The notes beneath the pieces were generated by a model that did not search any database, was not told the DNA's origin, and saw only the letters and a program-made list of their open reading frames with translations. 64,000 nucleotides of DNA from an uncultured Actinomycetes bacterium (GTDB taxonomy: Bacteria; Actinomycetota; Acidimicrobiia; IMCC26256; JACDBD01): contig CAVYIP010000007.1 of NCBI GenBank assembly GCA_963768605.1, positions 44,726 through 108,725 of the forward strand, read 5' to 3'. Position numbers and translations under genes: made by a program. Of the stretch, positions 29,814 to 38,870 are shown in pieces (the first letter of the stretch is position 1; every line of letters begins with the position of its first letter).

Positions 29814-31108
29814 GCCGTCTCCTCGGGGAGCTCGATGCGGGCCAGCCACAGACCGGGCGCGTCGAGCTCGGCCGGCGTCGGCAGCATCCGCTCGGACTCC
29901 CACAGCCGGTTCAACCCTTCCGGTCCTGCCCGCTCGATGACGCCGCGGCAGAACGCCGCCCCCTGCTCGTAGTGGTGGCGCTCGAGCTTCAGGCCGAGCA
30001 ATCCCTCGATGAACACCTCGGCCTCGCCCCGCTCCACCCGGTGTCGCTGCATCGCCTCGTGGATCTGCCGGAACGACGGGATGAGCTTCTCGCCGACGCG
30101 TTCGAGCACCGAGTCTGCGTAGCCCTCGATGACCGCCGTGAGCAGCTGGAGCTGCCGGCGCGGCTCGTCCTGGCGCGGCGAGTGCATCGCGCCGAGGAGG
30201 GCGTCCGGATCCTCGGCGATCGAGCCCAAGGTCGACGGGTCGCTGGGATCGACGGACCCGAACCGGTCCTCGAGCGCGCTCGGGTCCACCTCGTAGGCGG
30301 ACACGTACTCGGTCGACAGCCGCACGAGCCGGTCGCGCACCCACGGGACCGAACGCTCGGCGGCGTGCACGACCTCGTGCACCGCGAGGTAGAAGCGCAG
30401 ATCCGCTCGTTCGAGCGACCACGCCTCCTCGAACGCGTCGATGTTCTGCACGACGAAGCAGAGGCTCGGCTCGTCGCTCGTCGGAAGGGGCAGGTCGTAC
30501 CGCCCGAGGGCGTGCTGCGCGAGATAGCCGATCATCGAGCCCGCCTGCATCCCGAGCAGCGCCGGCGCCAGCATCTGCATCATCCCGCCGAGCATCTCGG
30601 GGCCGAACGGCCCGCCGCCGGCGGCGCCGGGGGATCCCGGCTCGCCGGATTCGAGCTCACCCGGCTCGGGCCCCGCCTCTCGCATCACCTGCCCGAGCGT
30701 GGTCGCGAGCGCCTCGAGCACCGGACGCAGCGCGTCGAGGTGGAGGTCGGCCCAACCTTGAGGTCCCAGCGTGCGGAGCGGCGCCGCCGCGAACGTGGCC
30801 GTCAGGTCGGTCTCGGCGACCACGTTCGTCTGCGCGGCGCGCGCCAGCTCGTCGAGCTGCTCGTGCGCGGCGGGATCGATCGCACGCTCGGTGCCACCCT
30901 CGAGGGCGACCCACGCTGCGATCTGGCGCGCCACGTCCCAGTTGATCGGGCCCTGCGACTGCAGCATGCGCATGAGCTGGGCGAGGTCGAATCCACCGCC
31001 CCCGAACGGCATCCCCGGAAGGCCGGACGACGACTGCGGCTCCGGCTCGTCGCGCTTCTCGGGTTTGCCGGGCTCGTCGGGGTCGCCAGGTTGAGGCCGG
31101 TCCGTCAC
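29810..31108 (-). CDS. Zinc-dependent metalloprotease-like protein (HExxH; DUF2342-like)
   Basis: Intact 432 aa. HEVVH motif in YLAVHEVVHAAERSVPW, an acidic Pro-rich N-terminus, and a stop overlapping the downstream GTG. Confidence 0.65.
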   Translation of the reverse strand: MTDRPQPGDPDEPGKPEKRDEPEPQSSSGLPGMPFGGGGFDLAQLMRMLQSQGPINWDVARQIAAWVALEGGTERAIDPAAHEQLDELARAAQTNVVAETDLTATFAAAPLRTLGPQGWADLHLDALRPVLEALATTLGQVMREAGPEPGELESGEPGSPGAAGGGPFGPEMLGGMMQMLAPALLGMQAGSMIGYLAQHALGRYDLPLPTSDEPSLCFVVQNIDAFEEAWSLERADLRFYLAVHEVVHAAERSVPWVRDRLVRLSTEYVSAYEVDPSALEDRFGSVDPSDPSTLGSIAEDPDALLGAMHSPRQDEPRRQLQLLTAVIEGYADSVLERVGEKLIPSFRQIHEAMQRHRVERGEAEVFIEGLLGLKLERHHYEQGAAFCRGVIERAGPEGLNRLWESERMLPTPAELDAPGLWLARIELPEETA

Positions 31109-31119
31109 GCGGCCAGTCT

Positions 31120-32170
31120 ATGGACGTGGTTGCGATTGCCGTCACCGGCGCATCCGGGCTCGTGGGGCAGCGGTTGCTCCCGCGATTGGCCGAGCAGGAG
31201 CAGGTGACGCGGCTGATCGGCCTCGATGTGCGCGACCCTCTGCGCCGCGTCCGGAACCTCGAGTTCCACCGGGTCGACATCGGCGGCGCCGAGCTCAAGC
31301 CACTCCTCGACGCGGCCGACGTGCTCGTCCACCTGGCCACGGTCGTCGACCCGATTCCCGACGAGACGCTGATGGCGCGCGTCAACATCGAGGGCACCCG
31401 GAGGGTCCTCGACGCCGCCGCCGCCGTCGGCGTGCGGAAGGTCATCCGCGTCTCGAGCGCGGCCGTCTACGGGGCGTGGCCCAACAACCCCGTGCCCCTG
31501 ACCGAGGACGCCACCCTGCGTCCCAACCCGGGCTTCGCACCCGCCGTCCACGCCGCCGAGGTCGAGCGACTCTTGGGCGACTGGCGCGAGGAGCACCCCG
31601 CGGTCACGGTCACGACCATGCGCTCTGCGCCCGTGCTCGGCGCCGGCGCCGAGCGGCTCCCGTCGCGCCTGCTGCTCGGACGGCCGCCGCTGCGCGTCCG
31701 GGGCGCCGGCCCGCCCGTGCAGGTCGTCCACGTCGACGACCTGGTCGGCGCGCTGCTGCTGGCGGTCGGAAGCGACCTCCCGGGCACGTACAACGTCGCC
31801 GCCGACGGGTGGCTGAGCGCCGACGACGCCCGGGCGCTCCTGCCCCGGTCGCTGCTGCCCGCGCTGCCGGCCGAGCTGCTCGAGCGGCTGCTGGCCCGCC
31901 TGTGGGCGAGCGGCCTGGGCGACGTTCCACCCAACGTCGTGCCCTACCTCGTCCACCCGTGGGTGGTCGCCAACGATCGCCTGCGGTCCGCCGGCTGGCG
32001 CCCGCAGCACACCAACGAAGAGGCGATCATCGAAGGCCTCGACTCCCTGCCACCTCCCTCCCACGCCGTGCGCTACGCCGGCGGCGCCGTGCTGGCGGCG
32101 ACGCTCGGCACCGCCGCCGGGCTTGCTGATTCGCTGGCGTCGCCGGCGAAGGCGCGCCTGCACGAGCTAG
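31120..32170 (+). CDS. NAD-dependent epimerase/dehydratase family protein (SDR)
   Basis: VTGASGLVGQ Rossmann motif and ..SSAAVYG... The listed ORF runs to 32796 antisense to a real gene. The end is set at an out-of-frame TAG (32168-32170), reachable by one +1 step, so it is uncertain. Confidence 0.65.
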
Positions 32171-32184
32171 CGCTCGCCGGATCC

Positions 32185-33297
32185 CTACGCGCCGGCAGGT
32201 GTGAGGTTCGCGCGGCGCCAGTCGTCCCACTCGTCGGTGAAGTAGCGCACGCGGGTCTTCTTGTACTCCTTGACCGACCACAGCAGCGCGTAGTCGTCGA
32301 CGCCGGTCTCGGCCTGGATGGCGGCGATGGTCTGCTCGCAGTCCCGGCCGTTGTGGCCGTGCACCATCGTGAACACCGAGTACGGCCAGTCGTCGTACGT
32401 CGGTCGCTTGTAGCAGTGGCTCACGAACGCGAAGCCGGCCATCCGCGGGCCCATCTCGTCGAGCTCTTCGTCCGGGACCGCCCATACGCCCATCGCGTTG
32501 GCCTTGTAGCCCGCGCTCCGGTGGTTCATCACCGCCGCGAACCGGCGCATCAGCTTGCGCTCCTTGAACGAACGCAGCATGGCGAGGAGCGTCTCCTCGT
32601 CGGTGCCGATCTGCTCGGCCTCGGCCGCGAACGGCCGCTCGACCAGCGGAAGGTCCTCCTGCGAGATGCGGATCGCCGCGACCTCGAGCTCGGACAGCTC
32701 GGGCGCCTCCATGTGCTCCCTGCGCTCGGGCCGCTCGTGCTCCAGCACCTCGACGCTGCGCGTCGGCCGGAGTCTGACCGGTCATGTCGAGCTTGACGCC
32801 GATCTTGTAGAGCTTGAGCGTCGGGAGCTTCCGAGTGACGAGCGCACCCGACGCGCGGTGCAGCACCTCGATGTGGTCGTCGAGCGAATCACCGGGGGGT
32901 ACCGCGATCGTGTACCAGAGGTTGTAGGCGTGGTTGCGCTTGTAGTTGTGGCTGACGCCCGGGTGCGCGCTGATGACCGCGGCGGCCTCGTCGACCCGGT
33001 CGGGATCGATCTTCGCCGCGACCAGCGACGAGCCGTATCCGAGCGCCCGCGTGTCGAAGATCGCCGAGAGCTGGCGCAGCACACCGAGCTCCTTGACGCG
33101 CGCGATGCGTGCGCGCACCTCGGCCTCGTCGGTGCCCAGCCGCTCGGCGAGCACGCGTACGGACGCGGCTCGAGCGGGAAGTCCCACTGGACGGCATTCA
33201 GCAGCTCGCGGTCGGCGTCTTCGAGTTGGTCGACGTGCAGTTCGCCGGCACGCGGCTCTTCGAGGAGCGGTTCCTCGCTCACGCTCATGTGCTCCAT
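32185..33297 (-). pseudogene. Fused siroheme decarboxylase-like protein (AhbA/AhbB, NirD/L-type AsnC-like halves); 2 frame breaks
   Basis: Half 1 is LNAVQWDFPLEPRPYA / LAERLGTDEAEV..LGVLRQLSAIFDTRALGY...HPGVSHNYKRNHAYNLWYT. Half 2 is ISQEDLPLVERPF...MRRFAAVMNHRSAGY...VSHCYKR. Breaks are near 33170 and 32770. Confidence 0.68.
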
Positions 33298-33325
33298 CGT
33301 GCCGAGGTCGCCCTCGCCCGGCAAA

Positions 33326-34489
33326 TCACTGCGCGTTGCCCGGTTCGGCGGGCACGGAGCCTGCGGTTGTGCCGGCGTCGCGTTGGTCGCCGAGCTCGAG
33401 GCTGATGCGGCGCTTCCCGCGGTCGCGATACAGCGTGACGTTCATCTTCTCACCGGGCTTGCGCCGCCCGACCTCGCTCATCAGCTGGGCGACGCTCGAA
33501 ATCGCGGTCGTAGAACCCGCTTTCCCGACGTCGACGATGACGTCTCCCTGCACGAGTCCCGCATCGTCGGCAGGGCTGCCGGGCACGACGCCCTGAACGC
33601 GCGCGCCGCCGCCGACGCGGTCGGTGTCGTCGGTGGCCCAGACGCCGAGCCAGCCGTGCTCGGCGCTCCCGCGTGCGGTCAACTGGGCGGTGACGTCGCG
33701 CGCCTCGTCGATCGGGAGCGCCAGTCCCGCGGTGGAGGAGTCCGGCGGCACGACGAGGATCCCGATGACCGCGCCCCGGCTGTCGACGAGCGCGCCGCCC
33801 GAGTGCTCGCCGCCGGCCGTCACGTCGGTCTGGATGAGCCCGGGCACCGAGACTCCTTGACCCCAGACGAACGCGTGGTTGAAGGCCCCGATCTCGCCGA
33901 CGTCGACCCAGCGGTGGCGTCCCGACGACGCCGCCGCCACTCCGACCACCTGCTGACCGACCTCGAGACCTGCCGACACCCCGAGTTGGGCGGGTTGCAT
34001 GTTCTTCCCGTCGACCGTAAGGACGGCGAGGTCGGAGACGGGATCACTTGCGTCGACGGCCGCAGGCATCGTGCGACCGTCGGCGGTGACGATCGACACC
34101 GTGTTCGCGCCGTCCACCGCGTGCGCGGTCGTGAGGACCTGGCCGGCCTGCACACAGACGCCCGACGCTCGTCCGGTCTCGTCACCGCGCGTCGTCCGCA
34201 CCGCGACGACGCTCGGCGCGAGCGCCGCCACGACCCGTTGGATCGCGCCGTTGCGCGCCTGCGAGGCAGGCCGGCCCGAGTCGTTGACGGTCATGACCGC
34301 GACGACGCCGGCCACGGCCGCCACCACGGCCACACCGGCGGCGAGCGCCACCCACCGACCGCGTCGCGACGAACGAGGCCGGCTCGTGGCCACGAACGAC
34401 GTCATCTCGCTGGGGTGGACCCACGTCCGATCGGACGGGTCGGGCGGCGGGCCGCCGGCGCGCTCGTCCTCAGGGTCGTGACCGGCCAT
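33326..34489 (-). CDS. HtrA-like trypsin-family serine protease with PDZ domain (second copy)
   Basis: ATG at 34489. It has one TM, TTAHAV, DLAVLTV, GGEHSGGALVD (catalytic Ser region) and a PDZ GSPADDAGLVQGDVIVDVG. Confidence 0.85.
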   Translation of the reverse strand: MAGHDPEDERAGGPPPDPSDRTWVHPSEMTSFVATSRPRSSRRGRWVALAAGVAVVAAVAGVVAVMTVNDSGRPASQARNGAIQRVVAALAPSVVAVRTTRGDETGRASGVCVQAGQVLTTAHAVDGANTVSIVTADGRTMPAAVDASDPVSDLAVLTVDGKNMQPAQLGVSAGLEVGQQVVGVAAASSGRHRWVDVGEIGAFNHAFVWGQGVSVPGLIQTDVTAGGEHSGGALVDSRGAVIGILVVPPDSSTAGLALPIDEARDVTAQLTARGSAEHGWLGVWATDDTDRVGGGARVQGVVPGSPADDAGLVQGDVIVDVGKAGSTTAISSVAQLMSEVGRRKPGEKMNVTLYRDRGKRRISLELGDQRDAGTTAGSVPAEPGNAQ

Positions 34490-34562
34490 GGTCGGGAGTG
34501 TAAAGCCGCGTTCTTCGTGACAGGCCGCGGCTCTCTTCGGGTGCCGCAGTACGATCGCGTGC

Positions 34563-35042
34563 GTGCTCGCGCCCCCTGCCGGACGCGACTGGGTCGCACT
34601 CACGTCGCTGCCGCTTCCGGTCGACGCCGCCAACGCCTGGGTCACGACGCCGGGCAGCGGCGCGGTCGTGTCCTTCCTCGGCGTCGTGCGCGAACACTCC
34701 GAAGGCAGGCCCGGCGTGCGCGGCCTGACCTACGAAGCGTACGAAGAGGCGGCGACGCGCCGGCTCGGGGAGATCGCGGAGGAGCTGCGACGGCGCTGGC
34801 CCGACGTCGAGCGGGTGGCGCTTCTCCATCGCGTCGGTGAGCTCGCGCTCTCCGAGCCGTCCGTGGCGGTGGTGGTGTCGGCGCCACACCGCGCCGAGGC
34901 ATTCGAGGCGGCGCGTTTCGGTATCGACACGCTGAAGGAGACCGTGCCGATCTGGAAGCGAGAGCACTGGGCCGACGGCTCCGAATGGGCCGAGCACGCC
35001 AACCCCGTTCGGCCGGTCCGCCCGTCGACCACGGCCGGGTGA
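34563..35042 (+). CDS. moaE: Molybdopterin synthase catalytic subunit MoaE
   Basis: GAVVSFLGVVR...YEAYEEAA...VAVVVSAPHRAEAFEAARFGIDTLKETVPIWKRE. Confidence 0.85.
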   Translation: MLAPPAGRDWVALTSLPLPVDAANAWVTTPGSGAVVSFLGVVREHSEGRPGVRGLTYEAYEEAATRRLGEIAEELRRRWPDVERVALLHRVGELALSEPSVAVVVSAPHRAEAFEAARFGIDTLKETVPIWKREHWADGSEWAEHANPVRPVRPSTTAG

Positions 35043-36056
35043 TCGGCCCTGGCCCGGGATCTCGCCATCGACCTCGGTACCGCCAACACCCTCGTCTACT
35101 CGCGTGGCGAGGGCATCATCATCAACGAGCCGACGGTGATCGCGCTCAACAGCCGCACGAACGAGGTGCTCGCGATCGGTCACGAGGCGTGGCAGATGAT
35201 CGGTCGCACGCCGGGATACATCGTGGCCGTCCGGCCGCTGCGCGGCGGCGCGATCACGGACTTCGAGATCACCGAGCGCCTGATGCGCATGCTCTTCCAG
35301 CGCGCGGGCGTGTCGCGCTTCTACCGGACGCGCGTGCTCATCTGCGTGCCGTCGGCCATCACGCACGTCGAGCAACGCGCCGTGCTCGAGGCGGCCCGGC
35401 GCGCCGGGGCCGCCCAGACGTTCCTGATCGAGCAGCCGATGGCCGCCGCCATCGGCGCGTCGCTGCCGATCCACGAGCCGCTCGGAAACATGATCGTCGA
35501 CGTCGGCGGCGGGACCTCCGAGGTCGCGGTCATCTCGCTGGGTGGCGTCGTCGCGCTCGAAGCGGTCCGCGTCGGCGGCTTCGACGTGGACGCCGCCATT
35601 CAGGCGTACGTGCGGCGTGAATACGGTGTGGCCATCGGCGAACGCACGGGCGAGGAGATCAAGATCGCGATCGGCTCGGCGTTCTCGAGCGGCGACCAGT
35701 ACAAGGCCGAGGTGCGCGGGCGTGACCTGACGACCGGCACCGCCAAGGTCATCGTGCTGAGCCCGGAGGAAGTGCGCGAGGCCGTCGACGAGCCCGTGCG
35801 CGCCATCCTCGAGATCATCGTGCGCGCGCTCGGGCAGACGCCGCCCGAGCTCGCCCAGGACCTCATCCGCCAGGGCGTCAACCTCGTCGGCGGAGGCGGC
35901 CTGCTGCGTGGCATGGATCAGCGCATCTCGAACGAGACCGCGCTGCCCGTCCACCTCGTCGACGCGCCGCTCGAGTGCGTCGTGCACGGCGCCGGTCGCT
36001 GCCTCGAGAACTTCGATCGGCTCAAAGAGATGTTCATGGACCGACCGCGCGCCTGA
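35039..36056 (+). pseudogene. mreB: Rod-shape-determining actin homologue MreB; frame break just after the start
   Basis: DLAIDLGTANTLVY...IVDVGGGTSEVAVIS...LVGGGGLLRGMD. The only start that keeps the phosphate-1 motif is GTG 35039, which overlaps the moaE stop and is one frame off. An extra base near 35045-35050 would reconcile the two. Confidence 0.88.
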
Positions 36057-36123
36057 GCGAGGAGCGACCCCTCGAGCTCGCCATGTCCACTGTCCCATCA
36101 GGAGGCTGTCGAAAGGTGTCCAC

Positions 36124-37001
36124 GTGAAGGTCGGAGTGTTCCTGCCGGTTGGTGCGGCCAACGCAGATCCGGAATTGCTTCAGACGGCGGGAAGGGAGAT
36201 CGAGGCTCGTGGCTTCGAGTCGGTCTGGGTCGCGGAGCACGTCGTGCTCTTCGACGACTACGACTCGAACTACCCGTACTCGCCCGACGGGCGCTTCCCG
36301 GGCGGCGGCGACGCCGGCCTTCTCGAGCCGTTCGTCGACGCTCACGTTCCTGGCCGCCGTCACCGAGCAGCATCCGCCTCGGGACAGGCATCTGCCTCGT
36401 CCCCCAGCGCAATCCCGTGTACACGGCGAAGCAGGTCGTCGACCTGGACGCGCTGTCGCGCGGTCGGGTCGACTTCGGCGTGGGCGCCGGCTGGCTGCGA
36501 GAGGAGTTCGACGCGCTGGGAGTCCCGTTCGAGCGACGGGGCGATCGCATGCGAGAGCACATCGAGGTGATGAAGGCCCTGTGGAGCGACGACGTCTCCG
36601 AGTACCAGGGCGAGCTCTACCAGCTCCGGAGTTGTCGTATGTACCCGAAGCCGGTCCAGCAACCTCACCCGCCCATCCACGTCGGCGGTGAGAGTGACGC
36701 GGCGCTCAGGCGAGTCGCGGACTTCGGGCAGGGCTGGTACAGCTTCAACCGGGCTCCCGACGATCTCGTCGCACCGCTGCGTCGTCTCGACGAGCTCGTC
36801 GCGGAGCGGGGACGCTCGCGCGGTGACGTCATGCTGTCGGTTTGTCCGTACCTGCAGCCGGTCGGGCCGGGAATGATCGACGGGTACCGGGAACGTGGTG
36901 TCGATCGCGTGATCGGCCTCTGCCTCGCCTTCGATCGGGACACGCTCCTCGCGTCTCTCGATCAGCTCGTCACCGACCTCCTCGAACCGGCCTCGCGCTG
37001 A
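36124..37001 (+). pseudogene. LLM class F420-dependent oxidoreductase; 2 frame breaks
   Basis: VKVGVFLPV...GFESVWVAEHV / TLTFLAAVTEQ / IRLGTGICLVPQRNP...GVGAGWLREEF..IHVGG lie in three successive frames. Breaks are near 36335 and 36378. Confidence 0.8.
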
Positions 37002-37019
37002 CCGGCTCCGTCCGCGGTC

Positions 37020-37670
37020 TCACTCCGCGAGCAGGTCCTCGGCCGCCTGTCTCACCTGCCAGTCGCGGTCTTCCAGGGCGGCGTGGAGGGCGGCTTCGAC
37101 GTCGGGGCCGTCGAAGGGCGCGAGCGCGAGCACGGCGCGGCGGCGCACCGCCGGCTTGTCCCGGCAGGCGGCGAGCACGGCGGGAAGACCGGCGGGGTGG
37201 CCGAGGGCGCCGAGCGCGGCCACTGCGGCCTCGCGGGCCAGTGGGTCCTCGTGCGCCCCGGCGATGGTGACGAGCGCGGGGACCGCGCCGGCGCGCACCG
37301 CCGCCGCGCCGAGCTCGCCGAGCGCCCACGCGCTCGCCTCGATCACGGTGACGTCGTCGTCGCCGAGGAGATTCACCAGCGGCCGAGCCGGTGCGCCGAG
37401 CCCGGGGGTGAGGTCGGCGGCGCGCCGGCGCACCGCCGGGTCGGCATCGGCGAGCGCGACGCGCCACGTCGCGGTTGCCCGTCGCCGCCCGGCGGCGCGG
37501 GCGAGCGCGCCGAGTGCCGCCGAACGCACGCGCGCGTCGGGGTCGTCACTGGCGGCGCGTTCGAGGTCGGCGGCTGCGCCCGCGGGGAGCCGCGCGCGCA
37601 TGCCGAGCGCTGCCGCGTCGGCGGCTCGTTCGACGGCCGTTCGCCGGTCGGTGCCATCGCGGGCGGGCAT
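37020..37670 (-). CDS. HEAT-repeat protein
   Basis: Repeated D.D..VR..A..ALG units (DPDARVRSAALGAL, DADPAVRRRAA, ...DRDWQVRQAAEDLL). ATG at 37670. Confidence 0.6.
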   Translation of the reverse strand: MPARDGTDRRTAVERAADAAALGMRARLPAGAAADLERAASDDPDARVRSAALGALARAAGRRRATATWRVALADADPAVRRRAADLTPGLGAPARPLVNLLGDDDVTVIEASAWALGELGAAAVRAGAVPALVTIAGAHEDPLAREAAVAALGALGHPAGLPAVLAACRDKPAVRRRAVLALAPFDGPDVEAALHAALEDRDWQVRQAAEDLLAE

Positions 37671-37728
37671 CCCCAGACCATAGGGAGCCGCGACCGTCGA
37701 CCGGGGTGGTGCATGGCAGGCTCTGTCG

Positions 37729-38851
37729 ATGAACGAGGAGAGGGGCGAACCCCTCCCGCCCCCGCCGTTCCCGCCGCCGCCGGCCCGGCGTCGCCGGCGC
37801 CCGCTCGTCGCCGCCGGCACAGTCGCCGCCATCATCGCCGTGCTCGTGATCCTCGGCGGTTCCCTCATCCGGCTCCCGTACGTGCTGATCGCCCCGGGGA
37901 CCGCCAGCTCAGTCGAGCGCGTCGTGAAGATCGAGGGCGCGCCGACGTACTCGCACCGCGGCCAGCTGCTGTTCCTCACCGTCTCCGTGTCGAGTGATCG
38001 TCCGAACGCGTTCGCGGTTCTCTCCGGCTGGCTCGACGACGACACGGACGTCGTCTCGGAGGACGAGGTCCTGCAGGGCCGTTCCCGCGCCGAGGATGCG
38101 CGGCTCAACAAGCTCGAGATGGCCGACTCGCAGATGACCGCCAAGCAGGTCGCGCTCGAACGGCTCGGATACACCGTCCCCGTGACGGGGGCCGGCGCCG
38201 TCGTCACGGCCGTGCAGAAGCGTTCCCCGGCCGACGGCGAGCTCCGGGTCGGCGACGTCATCACCGCCGTCGACGGCCAGCCCGTCACCCTCGCCGAGCA
38301 ACTCGGGCCGATCGTGCGCAGCCGGCCCTCCGGGTCAGCCGGTCACCTTCACGGTCGACCGAAACGGAAGCAGCACGCCGGTGACGGTCGTGAGCCGTGC
38401 CGCACAGGCAGGTCCCTGCCAGGGCCGGGCCCAGGTCGGCGTCCAGACGGCAACCCGCAGCGAGAAGTTCGACTTCCCGGTGAACGTCCAGATCGACACC
38501 GGCCGCGTGAGCGGACCGTCGGCGGGGCTCGCGTTCACGCTCACGATCCTCGACGAGCTCACCCCCGGTGACCTGACGGGCGGCAAGAAGGTGGCGGTCA
38601 CCGGGACCATCCGCGCCGACGGCACGGTCGGGCCCATCGGGGGCGCCGAGCAGAAGGCGGTGAGCGCCGGCCGGGCGGGAGCGAAGCTGTTCCTCGTCCC
38701 GACCGAGGAGGTCAAAGAGGCGCGCAGCCGTGCCGACGGGATGAAGGTCGTCGGCATCCGGAGCCTCGACGACGCCCTGACCGAGCTGAAGAAGTTCGGT
38801 GGCGACGACACCGGCGTGCCGCCCGCGGCTCCCGCCGCAGCCTGCCCTTAG
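37729..38851 (+). pseudogene. PDZ domain / Lon-like (S16) serine protease, YlbL-type; one frame break
   Basis: TM, PDZ (SPADGELRVGDVITAVDGQPV), then after a break near 38325 the Lon proteolytic motif VSGPSAGLAFTL and ..GTVGPIGG..QK. Confidence 0.8.
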
Positions 38852-38870
38852 TCCCAATACAGTTGCGCCG

